This document shows positions 33,579 to 44,010 of a stretch of 64,000 nucleotides of DNA, one piece after another. The translations under genes were made by a program, and so were the position numbers. A model generated the notes under the pieces. That model worked only from the letters and a program-made list of their open reading frames with translations, did not search any database and had not been told where the DNA came from. The DNA is from Paramoeba atlantica (Eukaryota; Protista; Discosea), in the NCBI GenBank assembly GCA_977017575.1, contig CDRNVI010000048.1:124001-188000 (forward strand), in the 5' to 3' direction. Positions within the stretch are counted from its first letter, which is position 1; each line of letters opens with the position of its first letter.

Positions 33579-34334
33579 CTATTCGTGACGTTCCTCCTCT
33601 TCGAAGGCACGAAATAAAGCTATTACTACCGAACAAATAGCAATATAGGCTACGCATCGAAGCCAGATATGGCTTTTGGATCTACGTATTTTTTGTCTAC
33701 GTTTCTTATCCGACTGATCGTGGCGCGGTTTCTCTATAGAGAGCGTCTTTGTACTAGTAATACTATGATGCGGAAGCCAAGAACGACCGAGCGCAATCTT
33801 TGGACTTTTATGTACCGATATTCGACGGAATTGGCTCCCCTTTTGTGAAGGTATTTCTCTAGTAATTCTCGTTTCCTGGCAGCAAATCGTACTTCCATTA
33901 TATGCACATTGGGCATCAATCTCATCCATAAGTTCTTCTGAAACGTCGGTATCTACAGTTTCCACGTTTACTATTCTTTTGTTCATTCGGGCAAGTTTCA
34001 GCAGGGCCTTTCCTGTCGAATCCCCTATCGGACTGTTATTTAAAGTTATCGAATTTATTCTAGGGTGATGCTTAAGTTGCTCACACAACCTTATAAATGA
34101 AGAATCACCTGCAACACTTCCCGACAGTATAATATTCCTAACACTAAAGTTAGATTCCATGGCGTCGGCCAGCGCATCAACTTCATCAGGACCAGAAATC
34201 GGAGAATCATCGTCCGAAATCAGAGCTACTGTATCGATACGCGATTCTAACACGTCCTCAAGCAGTATCGAGAATGATTTACCAGGTCTATACTTCGAAT
34301 ACGGACTTGTTTGTTCTGTGTTGTAATTCAGCAT
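33579..34334 (-). CDS. RNI-like leucine-rich-repeat protein with C-terminal TM anchor
   Basis: SVRNIILSG..INSITLNNSPIGDSTGKALLKL.. LRR pattern; hydrophobic C-terminal CVAYIAICSVVIALF. Confidence 0.75.
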   Translation of the reverse strand: MLNYNTEQTSPYSKYRPGKSFSILLEDVLESRIDTVALISDDDSPISGPDEVDALADAMESNFSVRNIILSGSVAGDSSFIRLCEQLKHHPRINSITLNNSPIGDSTGKALLKLARMNKRIVNVETVDTDVSEELMDEIDAQCAYNGSTICCQETRITREIPSQKGSQFRRISVHKSPKIALGRSWLPHHSITSTKTLSIEKPRHDQSDKKRRQKIRRSKSHIWLRCVAYIAICSVVIALFRAFEEEERHE

Positions 34335-34391
34335 ATTTCAATATAAAATGAGGCGTGAAAACCACACATTGAATAGTGAATATAAACCCTT

Positions 34392-34675
34392 ATTGCGGTG
34401 GTTGTAAACCTACCGCTCTACCCTCGATTATTGAAAAAAAATTGAACAAAAACAGTGAAAATATAAATAGGAACACAGTAATATAATAGAAGAAAAAAAT
34501 ATAAAAGGGGGCCCCGGTGGTCCAAAACAGAAAAAAAAATCAAAAAAATGGGGTGTCCATGGGGGTGTCCATGTGGGGGGTCCAGGGGGGGGGGTCCAGG
34601 GGGGGGGTCCAGGGGGGGGTCCAGGGAGGGGTCCAGGGGGCGGGTCCAGGGGGGGGGTCCAGGGGGGGGGTCCTG
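34392..34675 (+). repeat. Third, partial copy of the hairpin element ending in a G(7-10)TCCA tandem array
   Basis: ATTGCGGTGGTTGTAAACCTACCGCTCTACCCTCGATT.. followed by about eight GGGGGGGTCCA units at 34575-34673. Confidence 0.7.
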
Positions 34676-34927
34676 TTCGATGAATGAAAACGCAATTTTT
34701 TTTTGTAAAAAAAAAGCTCGTTTCGGTCTGCATCATGCTCCTGGCTGCTACCTTGATCCGTAAGACAAAAACAAATCCGAAACGTTATCAAAAAGCGGAA
34801 GGATTCTTAAAACTATTGCCTCATAAGTTTACAAAGATAAAATCATAACTTACAAATACACAAACCTGCGGAAGTGGCAGACACAGGTCCTCAGTGCGCG
34901 ACCCAAAAAATATTGGGTTGGGGGTAC

Positions 34928-34976
34928 GTTCGTTGTACTCAACGAACTGCCGGATTTTCGTTGAGTACTCAACGAA
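34928..34976. repeat. Pair of ~20-bp palindromes
   Basis: GTTCGTTGTACTCAACGAAC (near-perfect) and TTCGTTGAGTACTCAACGAA (perfect). Confidence 0.8.
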
Positions 34977-35315
34977 CGGAAATTTACGGTGCAAGTCAAG
35001 GACTTTTGCATATGTCAAGGACTTTTGTGGAACACCCAAGAATTGTTTTTAATTTTCATTTTCCGTGCGTTCAGTATCCTACACTTCACTATATACGTTG
35101 ACAACGCCTGCGTAGCGAAAACTACGAAATTCAGTGAGCTTCGCAAATTGCTTCCCACTAACGACGCACAGGGGAATCCTACGCGGGGTACGGCTCAGGC
35201 CCGCTCACGCGGGGGCCCCCGCGCGGCCAAAATGGGTACTAAAATTTGTTATCAAGGTAGTTGGGCTTCGCAAATTGCTTCCCACGAATCTAGAGAGAAG
35301 CACACGTACAATAAT

Positions 35316-35351
35316 CTTTAACGATAAAGATACAGTTTCTGTACCTTGTTG
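35316..35351 (+). repeat. Near-complete spliced-leader exon copy (36 nt)
   Basis: CTTTAACGATAAAGATACAGTTTCTGTACCTTGTTG, followed by ATTATT (no GT) and an ATG 23 nt later. Confidence 0.9.
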
Positions 35352-35374
35352 ATTATTTACTTTCTTTACCTTTC

Positions 35375-35550
35375 ATGGGAGTGTTCACACGCTCCAAAGC
35401 AAAAGAATCAGGAGTAGCTCCTGAGATTTTGCCGCTCCCTCGTGCCCGATGGAAAAAGAAGGCCGTGATGCCAACTCATCCGCCCGCCGTGCTAATATCC
35501 ACCACCTCCGCATGGAGCGCGCGGGTCGCCAAAAAATATAATTATGTCCC
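35375..35550 (+). pseudogene. 5' fragment of a CRE-like retrotransposon ORF
   Basis: MGVFTRSKAKESGVAPEILPLP matches MGMFTRSRAKDTGVAPEVVPLP of the full-length element at 55014-59621. Confidence 0.75.
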
Positions 35551-35766
35551 AGGGCTACGCTCACAGTTGGACCTTGCTCGAAAAGGAGGGCTTTTGCCTC
35601 CAGAAGCGGGCTACGCTCACAGTTGGGCCTTGCTCGCAGACGGGGGCCTTGCTTGCACACTTGGGCTTCGCTGACAGTTGGGCCTTGCCTCCAGACATGT
35701 AAACGAGATGGTAATGTTCAAATTCCCCCAAAAAAAATCGAGACGAAAAATTCGTGCAGCAGTGCC

Positions 35767-35903
35767 CGTTGGATGAATGATTCATCGAACGCACTGCCCG
35801 TTCGATGAATATTCATCGAACGGGACGCCTGGTCATCGAACGGGCCGCCGTTCAATGAATATTCATCGAACGCACCGTGCGTTCGATGAATTTTCATCGA
35901 ATG
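35767..35903. repeat. Array of four 24-25-bp palindromes plus a half site
   Basis: CGTTCGATGAATATTCATCGAACG (perfect, 35799-35822) and variants at 35767, 35849 and 35880. Confidence 0.9.
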
Positions 35904-35909
35904 CCCCCC

Positions 35910-36956
35910 CTGGCTCGGAAACATGCGAAATATGTAAAATCAACTATGTTGCGAAATGATCAATTTCAATGCCTCCCTATATTGTCCTGCGGGGCTCTCC
36001 ACAATAACACAAAATCTCTACTACAGCTCCTGGCGGAAAAGGTCTACCGCGAACCCAAGGCGATTCTGAATGATTTTGTGCTTCTTCAACAGGAATTGAA
36101 TGGAGCGATAGTCCAGGGGCAATTGCGTAGCTACTTGCCGGATCCGAAAGATGAGTATGCTTATTAGAGTCGAGTCCGAGTCTGGACTTATTTGGTGGAT
36201 AAGGTAGTAATAGGAAGAAGTGGAAATGGTAGGAGGATAAATTAGGAATACGAAAAAAAAAGATATTTTATGTATAAAACGGGAAGAACACCAAAAAAAA
36301 AATCCCGAAAGTCTGAAGAATGACGGATCATATGTCCCACCAGTTTTGCTACGTCCAACATTTGATTGCGATAGCTCGTGGACGATGGTGAAATCGTAGT
36401 ATACATCTCCGCTTGCCCAATGAATCACGATATCTGGGCCCGAATGATAAAAAGATCCGGATCCGCAGGTTCTTTGGTGATGGGATTTGCCGTCGCCATC
36501 TACGCTTGCTCCACATTTTGCGCAAGTATAGGTGGAGAACTGTCTGGGTTCAAGCTCACAGGGCAGACCTGATTTTATGCATAATTCATAAATATTCCGA
36601 ACCATCCTGTTGTGCTTTGCCGTTGCGTTATTGCCTGAACATTTGACGCACCCGGACACGTGCGTGAGCGCTGTATGGGGGGTAAGTAATGCATGGCACC
36701 CTGGACACTGTAAATTGGAGGGGAGGCTCGGATGTGCAATCCCAATGCGTGGCATAACTGCTAACTTGAAAAGTCGCGTAGGTACAAGTCTAGAATTTGA
36801 GGTGAGCCATGAATAGTTACCTTTGGAGCTAGCTGCTCGTATTATGTGGGCTTGCGTTTTGTCTGTCATTAATTTGTCCCGTATGTCGTTGTGGTAGAGT
36901 TCCTCGGTGACTTCTTCTTTTTTTTTTTGCGGGTATGGCTGTTGTATATACGACAT
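35910..36956 (-). mobile_element. CRE-clade 3' fragment (Zn knuckle plus RLE) whose last ~440 bp are inverted
   Basis: Minus strand 36956-36350 reads CPGC..H..C, GPDIVIHW..YYDFTIVHELSQSNVGRS. The continuation RKHAKYV..QELNG..QLRSYL is on the plus strand at 35910-36167. Confidence 0.75.
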
Positions 36957-37271
36957 TCCTCATACTTTCGAAGGGGGGCGTATTCCATTATAATCTTCCT
37001 CATTCCTGCGGCATTCATGCGCTTTTGAAGGGGGAGTCTGCGGTATACATATGAAATACAATCACTATTTTACACAAGTTTACATATTATAAAGGAACCT
37101 AATATTCTGATCTGCGTATTAGGAGGAAGAGGAGGATGGGAGTAGCTCGGCTAGCGCATCGTCTTTGGCTAGGAAAGAGCAAGCAACTAGGTGGAAGAAT
37201 CAAAGTGAAAGAAGAAGCAAAGTGAGAGAAGACTGGGGGAGGGAGAGTATGCGAACACACTTAGTGACCTT

Positions 37272-37589
37272 CTAGAAGCGAAGTCCACCTATCCAGTTAT
37301 CCTTCGGAATGTACTCACGTAGTTGAGATACCACCGTGTATGCGGACATCTTTTCAATCTCAAGTTGAAATCCCTGTCGTACATTGTCGTAGTTCATTTT
37401 TGCGCGCTGCGCTATTGCCTTCAAAAGTGCCTTGGTGTCATTGTGTAGAAGGCCACAGTCTGAGGTGGCCAGACAACGGAAGTATTCACTATCGACACCC
37501 TTTTCGGAGACATATTTCTTGATTTTTCGATCGATCGCTTGTTGTATGAGTGCTGAACTGGTCTGTTTCGCGTAACTGTTGCAACAGGT
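37272..37589 (-). mobile_element. Short 3'-terminal fragment of a CRE-clade element (W.GGL-ending type)
   Basis: My translation: TCCNSYAKQTSSALIQQAIDRKIKKYV..FQLEIEKMSAYTVVSQLREYIPKDNWIGGLRF*. Confidence 0.8.
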
Positions 37590-37623
37590 AGATTTCTTCG
37601 TATTTCTTTTGTTAAAAAAACGA

Positions 37624-39200
37624 TTAATGAATGAACACTATTGTGGTATTCTTGATTTATCGTGTATTCAAAATTCACCGTTAAAGATTTCCTATTTTTT
37701 TAACGCACCTCGCTGACGGCATTCAACTGGTATTCACAGGGCCGTTTCATCTCAATCGACCGGTGCCAAGTATTTCCTAAATTGAGACATTGCGACCGAA
37801 CCATTCAGTTCTTGCAATTGCAAAGCGAAATCCTGGTGAATCTTATCGCGTGCCAGTCCACATGCATCTGCAAGAGCCGACAATAATTCCTTGGTGTTTG
37901 GATGCATGGCGCCTCCAGAAAGCATGGGAATGCACAAAAACTGCTGTGTCGGAATTAAGCTCGACACGACGTACCGGTTAATCTTACGCTTGATAGCGTC
38001 TCGCATGAGAATTGCGCCGCTGCGTTTGATGTTGGATTGTGAAAGCTCGTGTATGACGGTAAAATCATGAAAGATGTCCCCGTCTGCCCAATGGATGACT
38101 AAATCTGGCCCGGAATGGTGGAATGAACCAGATCCGCAAGTCCTTTGGTGTGACGCTTTATTTTCACCGTCAACAGTGGTACCGCACTTTCCGCAGGTAT
38201 ATGTCGCGAATTGTCTAGGTTCGAGCTCGCAGGGAATGCCGGCCTTAATACATAGCGTATAGAGTTGACGCACCATTCTGTTGTGTTTTGTGGTAGCGTT
38301 AATCCCAGAACATTTAACGCATCCGGACACGTGAGCAATTGCGCTGCTGGAGGTGAGGAGAACGTGGCACCCAGGACATTGTACCTTCGATGGTAGCAAC
38401 GGATGCTCTATTCCGAAACGGGGCATTATCGCCAACGTGAAAAGTCGCGAAGGAATGAATTTGGTGCAAGCGGTGAGCCAATTGTAATTCCCTTTCGCAC
38501 TGGCCACACGAATGATATCAGCCTGACCCTTGTCTTTCATCAAAGACTCGCGCACTGCATTGTGGTGGACTTCTTCCGTAACCGCTTCATCAGTGAGAGG
38601 TCGTTGGCTGGAGAGCGAGTTCAGCGCTGGCAAATCCATTACAGTAGCGGGAGCTGAAAGATGAATTGGTCGCTCCATAGCTGCTCGTTTGGATTTGAAG
38701 AACGCTGCTTCGCGAATCGGTTCAGTTGGGGTGAGCCCGAGTCCTCCTTTCTTCAGTGGTAGCCTCATCCATGATATTTGGTCTTCGTTGAGGTTCCCGA
38801 ACCATGAACATAGCGTGTTTGCCACCTGGGAATCAAACTGCCGACTGAGTTCCAAAGACGCATCAGGATGATGCACGCGTATGTCGTACTTGTGACGCAT
38901 ATTCACGCAGTGCGATAGTAAAACGATAGAGACGTTGCTGGCCCCCATGTGCTGTAGGCGCCGGAAAGCTGCTTGATGCTTCACAACTTTTTGGACTAAT
39001 TTTTCGCTAACGCTTTCTTTCTCTCCGACGAAGGCCCCCAAAATGTTGGTAGCCCGGCTTTCGGATAAAACTCCCGCCTCCTGCAAGACGTGCGGAATGG
39101 GGATTCTTTCGATGCCTTCAAACCAGACGCATTTTGTTGGGGATAATTCCACTAGCTTAGCAGTCAATAAAACTCGAAGACGGTTGTAAGATTGTTCTTT
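37624..39200 (-). mobile_element. 5'-truncated CRE-clade copy (late RT, Zn knuckle, RLE, 3' UTR)
   Basis: KCVWF..NILGAFVG..LPLKKGGLGL..CPGC..GPDLVIHW..HDFTVIHE..KRKINRY. Confidence 0.85.
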
Positions 39201-39202
39201 TG

Positions 39203-39620
39203 TTAATGAATGAACACTATTGTGGTATTCTTGATTTATCGTGTATTCAAAATTCACCGTTAAAGATTTCCTATTTTTTTTAACGCACCTCGCTAACGGC
39301 ATTCAACTGGTATTCACCGGGCCGTTTCATCTCCATCGACCGGTGCCAAGTATTTCCTAAATTGAGACATTGCGACCGAACCATTCAGTTCTTGCAATTG
39401 CAAAGCGAAATCCTGGTGAATCTTATCGCGTGCCAGTCCACATGCATCTGCAAGAGCCGACAATAATTCCTTGGTGTTTGGATGCATGGCGCCTCCAGAA
39501 AGCATGGGAATGCACAAAAACTGCTGTGTCGGAATTAAGCTCGACACGACGTACCGGTTAATCTTACGCTTGATAGCGTCTCGCATGAGAATTGCGCCGC
39601 TGCGTTTGATGTTGGATTGT
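39203..39620 (-). repeat. Near-identical ~418-bp tandem copy of the 3' end of the adjacent element
   Basis: Matches 37624-38040. This copy keeps GGA (ending ..DGDETAR*) where the long copy has TGA. Confidence 0.9.
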
Positions 39621-39743
39621 AGCGTTTCTTGTCGTGATCATACTTGACTCCCAGGAATTCATATGATGTCGCATTACATGATTCGGTGTCTTTGAAAGTC
39701 ACATCTAGCAATGGTCAAAAACGCCTTCGATGAGTACTCATAC

Positions 39744-39843
39744 AAAAAGGTTGATCTTACAAAAAGGTTGATCTTACTTTATAAAAAGTGTGTTCTTTAT
39801 AAAAGTGTGTTCTCTATAAAAAGTGTGTTCTTTATAAAAAGTG
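39744..39843. repeat. 17-18-bp minisatellite (AAAAAGGTTGATCTTAC x2, then ATAAAAAGTGTGTTCTTT x~3.5)
   Basis: Read directly from the sequence. Confidence 0.85.
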
Positions 39844-40207
39844 AATCAAAATCTCAAATTCAAGTTCGTTGACTACTGTGAGATCAATCAATTTATTTGA
39901 TTAGTCAAATGGGCATGTGTATGATTGTTCCTAATGCATTGTAATTTTCAATAGGCAAAAATTTTAATAAAATTATATTTAATTTAATTTGAGGAATTCG
40001 CAAAGCATATTTTCAATCAGGAGTTGAAATCAGGGTTGAAGAGAGGCGGTACGAGAAGGAAAAGTGGATGGAGTCGCGTGGGTAGTGTTGTCGCAGCGAG
40101 CTTTGTGTTAGGATAAAATGAGAATAATAATAACAAGTAGAGCATTGCTGCGACCACTTGCGGACTGATATATATATATATATATATGTATGTGGTACTA
40201 GAGTCGA

Positions 40208-41460
40208 TCAATGATTTAGTCCGCCAAGCCATTGTGCTGATGGAACGTACTTTCGAAGTTGCGTTGCAATGGTATATGCATTCATCTTCTCAATCTCGAG
40301 CAGGAAGGCTTCTTTCACGACTTTAACGTCTTGTTGTGATCGTTGGGCCAATAGAGACAAAAGGGTTTTCGTGTTTTTGTGTAGCTGCCCTAATTCGGTC
40401 ATTGCCAGGCAGCTGAAACTTTCTTCTCGAATTCCTCCTTGCAGGACGTATTTCTTGTGTTTACGGTCAAGAGCATTCTGCATTAACTGTTCTGTGGAGG
40501 ACTTGGTGTAGCTAGGGGCACAACTGTGAACAACGGTGACGTCGTAGAGAATTTCTCCTGCATGAGACCACATAATGCCTAGGTCGGGACCGGAGCGTAT
40601 GCGCCTGGCTCTGCATGGGTGATTTTCGGAGAGCTCGTCAGAGACTGTTGCCTTACATTTAGTGCAGAAGAATGATGAATGTACTCTTGGCTCTACAACG
40701 TGAGCTAACCCTGCTTTGGCACACAGTTCTCCTAAGAAACGAACTAATCTTGTGTGTTTCTTTGTCGCATTGATTCCACAGCATTGCGTGCATCCAGGTA
40801 TATGTTGAAATATCGTGTCGGACGTATGTTCTGACAGGCATCCTGGGCACACGACTGTTTTTGGCATATTGTTGGGCACGATTCCTAGGCGCATCATTAT
40901 ACAAAATCGGAAGAGATATGGATTTATGTAATTGCTGGTTGAATATAGATGTTGAAAAGATGATGATCCTCGTTCCATCAGTTCGCTGAGGCGTTTATCC
41001 TTTTTGAGCTCGGTCGCAGTGCGTTTTTGCTCGGCTCGGATCGCTTTCATGGCCATTCGCTTGGATGTATCGTTTGTCAGGTTGGCGTGTTCGCTTTTGG
41101 TTCTGATTCGCTTGGATCCCGCAGTGACCACCGGAGCGTTGTAGGATTTTGATTGCTCTTCAATGGCCTTGCGAGAGGCAAGGAAAAAGGTGCTTTTGTT
41201 TCAAGCATGACGGCGTGAGCCCGAGTCCCCCAAGATACTGTGGTAGAGTTGTTAGAGTTGTAGATGGGCCCGTCGAATTAAACCAAAGTTCAATGATACT
41301 CGTAACCTCTGCATCAAAGCGTTGTGCTAGTTCGAGAGTGGCGTCAGGTTTGTGGACTCGTAGATGGTAGTCCTGACGGGGGATCGTGCAGCGATTCAGA
41401 ATTGCTAAGGAGAGGTTGCTTGGTCCATGAGTGAGCTGGCACGCACACGAAGTTTGAAAG
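40208..41460 (-). mobile_element. 5'-truncated, frameshifted CRE-clade copy
   Basis: MGPSNLSLAILNRCTIPRQDYHLR..LGGLGL, then CPGC, GPDLGIMW..YDVTVVH..RKHKKY..WLGGL. Confidence 0.85.
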
Positions 41461-41863
41461 CGCCAGACCAAGTTTTTTTTTAACTCTAAATCCTACCTCT
41501 CCATCCAAATCTGTCAACCACTATGACCTTGAACTTTTGAAAAACCTTTAAAACCCGTAGTCCTCCCCACTGTTCTTGTGAGGAAGGTATTGCCGAAGCT
41601 GCGAGTGGGCAGCTGCCCCGTTTAACTCCTGTAGATACAATTTGAATTCTGAAATCACGGACATACGCGGAAGTTGGCCCCTATCCGCCAGCGTCTTGAG
41701 AAGATTTTCTGTATTGCGATGCAGCGCTCCACCGGAAAGCAAGGGAAGGCATTCAAATTTGTTTCCCGGTATTAAACCCGAATTGACGTACGTTACTTGC
41801 TTTCGTTTGATCGCATCTTGCATCAAGCGATGGCCGCGCTTGCCTTGATTGGAGGGGCTTAAC

Positions 41864-43978
41864 TCATAGCGTTATGTCGTCCATGTAAGCGCGCACTGTA
41901 ACGTCTGGGAACGATTCCGCGATTTCTTTGAGTGAGTTTTGAATGAGGGCGCAAAAATATAGAGACGAGAGGACAGAGCCTTGCCGAACTCCGGAGGAAC
42001 TTTTCACTATTGTATGGAGTGTGTTGTTGGTGAAGAAAAGTAGGTCAGAAGGCTCTCCGTATTCCAAATTGAAGATGCGCATAAATGGTTTAAAGATGTT
42101 GTTGTGAGTTAGTGCCTCAGATATTGCTTGACGGGAAGGGGTGTTGTATGCGTTTTTGTAGTCAACTGTTAGAATGGCGTGCCCCTTGTCGTATTCATCG
42201 ATGAGTTCGTGGACAATACCTTCGCAGGCGTTCTTTTGCAGAATTCCTCGTTGCTCAGGCTCAAAGAATTTCTTGAGTTTTTCTTCGTTTCGGTTTAATA
42301 GAATAGACCCACATATCTTTAGCAGAGTTTCTCCGATTGCGATTGGTCTTATTCCGTTTTCTGGTTTGTTGATTGCCATGAGCCGGCATCGAGTCAATCT
42401 TTCGCGTACCGACGGTGCGATGTCTCCGTTTACCATGTCTCGCAGCATATGACACAGAGCCGTGCTAGATTCTTCGTCATCTGCTAGTAGACGCAACATA
42501 GCCTCGCTCAAACCTGTTGGGCCTGGGGAGGCTCCCGGGGCCAACTTTTCAATTGCTGCTCGGAGTTCGTGTTTTTCGATAATCCCGGTTCGTGGATATT
42601 GGGCTGACGTGAGACTAGGACGTTCTCCCTCCGGGTGTAGATCCTTAAGCTCTGCTACCTTTTCGTCAATGCTGAGATTCGTGTCTAGATATATGTTGTC
42701 GAGGATGCGGGTGGCTTTGCTCAAGTTTCCAGCTCTAGCTGTCCGTAGCGCGGAACGTATTGAGCGTTGGTCGGCCTCACGTTCTATTTTCTCATCTTGT
42801 GTGGTGAGGAACTCGTCCTTGCGTGTTGATCTGGTTTTCGGGTTGCTGTACTTTCGCTGGATCGCTTGCCGTACAGTAGCGAGTGAATCACGTGGTGCGT
42901 TAAGAAATTTGTGCCAGACAGAGGTTTTTTCTGATGCGAGATGCAGCGCGGGATATCCTCGTAAGATCTCTCTAAAGATTGCTACGACGTGGGATGCGAA
43001 TGTCGGGTCTATGTCGGTGAAGGAGGGGAGTGGTTCTAGGTCGCCGCCTGCGTCATAATCTTGTACTTCGCCCAGATCTAACTGTGTCGATTGCGTAGCG
43101 ATACGATTTAGTTTTATTGCGCGTAGTCGAAAAATATTTATCTTGTGTGATGCGGGTAGGTAGAGAAATCCTGATGGACCTGAACCATTTTTCGGTGTGT
43201 AGGATATCTTCACCCTAACTGTGCCTTTCCGGGAATGGCGTGACACAACATCTCCGATAGAGTGAAAGACTTCATCGCAGTGTCTGAATTTCCAATGCAC
43301 TTCGCAGGTAGATCCTTTTCCCCATTGGCTTATAATTTTCACGACCTGATCGGGGGTCTTTAATGTGCTTGCTGCGAGATCGGTCAAAGTCAGCATGTCG
43401 TCGTCCGAAATGTCTGGTCCACTTGTGCATGAGTCACTTGAGTCTTGCTCGTCCTGTGACATGTCTGCTTCTGCATGCTTCGCTTGCTGATGAGCTGGTG
43501 AGTTGGTAGTGCGAAGTATAACTTTGACTTTCTTTGGAGTTTGCTTTTTGTTTTTATGTGTGGTATTTTCTTTTCTGATCTTTATTTTAAATGCGGAGGG
43601 GTCTGATAGAGCTTGATCTGAGCTTTTGTTTCTTTGAACACTCGCGAAAGTAGCCTCTTCGCCGTACTCTTTGTGTTGGCCGGTATCTGCGGTTGGATTT
43701 TTCTCGATGCTGAGAGCGGCTTTCTCTGATTTCTCTGCCCAGTGCTGGGGTATATGTTGTGGAATGGAGGTCGTGTACTTGAGTTCGTCGTAGTTGCTGG
43801 TTGCTTGAATGAGTTTGTCGTTGGCTTTGAACTGGTCCCATGAACCAATCTCATGTCTATTCGCTTCTTCGGTGAAGTTCAAGTTGTTCTCCTGTACGCC
43901 AGTGCTCCTAACAGTTGCAGTGGTCTGCCGATTCTCCGACGGCGTACGTTGCGCCGCCCGCGAGGAAGGAACTGACAT
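41864..43978 (-). CDS. LsmAD - linker - non-LTR reverse transcriptase (truncated), 704 aa
   Basis: WDQFKAN..SNYDELKYTT..EEATFASVQR (LsmAD); PGPTG, RPIAIGE, VDYKNAYNT, GVRQGSVLS, YMDD (RT). Confidence 0.85.
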   Translation of the reverse strand: MSVPSSRAAQRTPSENRQTTATVRSTGVQENNLNFTEEANRHEIGSWDQFKANDKLIQATSNYDELKYTTSIPQHIPQHWAEKSEKAALSIEKNPTADTGQHKEYGEEATFASVQRNKSSDQALSDPSAFKIKIRKENTTHKNKKQTPKKVKVILRTTNSPAHQQAKHAEADMSQDEQDSSDSCTSGPDISDDDMLTLTDLAASTLKTPDQVVKIISQWGKGSTCEVHWKFRHCDEVFHSIGDVVSRHSRKGTVRVKISYTPKNGSGPSGFLYLPASHKINIFRLRAIKLNRIATQSTQLDLGEVQDYDAGGDLEPLPSFTDIDPTFASHVVAIFREILRGYPALHLASEKTSVWHKFLNAPRDSLATVRQAIQRKYSNPKTRSTRKDEFLTTQDEKIEREADQRSIRSALRTARAGNLSKATRILDNIYLDTNLSIDEKVAELKDLHPEGERPSLTSAQYPRTGIIEKHELRAAIEKLAPGASPGPTGLSEAMLRLLADDEESSTALCHMLRDMVNGDIAPSVRERLTRCRLMAINKPENGIRPIAIGETLLKICGSILLNRNEEKLKKFFEPEQRGILQKNACEGIVHELIDEYDKGHAILTVDYKNAYNTPSRQAISEALTHNNIFKPFMRIFNLEYGEPSDLLFFTNNTLHTIVKSSSGVRQGSVLSSLYFCALIQNSLKEIAESFPDVTVRAYMDDITL

Positions 43979-44010
43979 AAAAGAGTTTAAAGTAGTAGTA
44001 AAGAAAAAGT

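Larger units (their letters stand above)
6945..34334 (-). other. Directional (polycistronic-type) cluster of intronless genes
   Basis: Every recognisable cellular gene from 6945 to 34334 is on the minus strand without introns, as in kinetoplastid polycistronic units. Confidence 0.8.

Noticed and set aside
35316-35351. Functional SL RNA gene
   Set aside because: No GT donor or intron/Sm-site after the exon at any copy, no tandem array, and it runs straight into a retroelement ORF.
35767-35903. CRISPR array
   Set aside because: Spacers are only 7-8 nt or half repeats, the context is eukaryotic, and there are no cas genes.
35910-36956. Twin-priming inversion
   Set aside because: The two pieces converge rather than diverge; a later simple inversion explains them.
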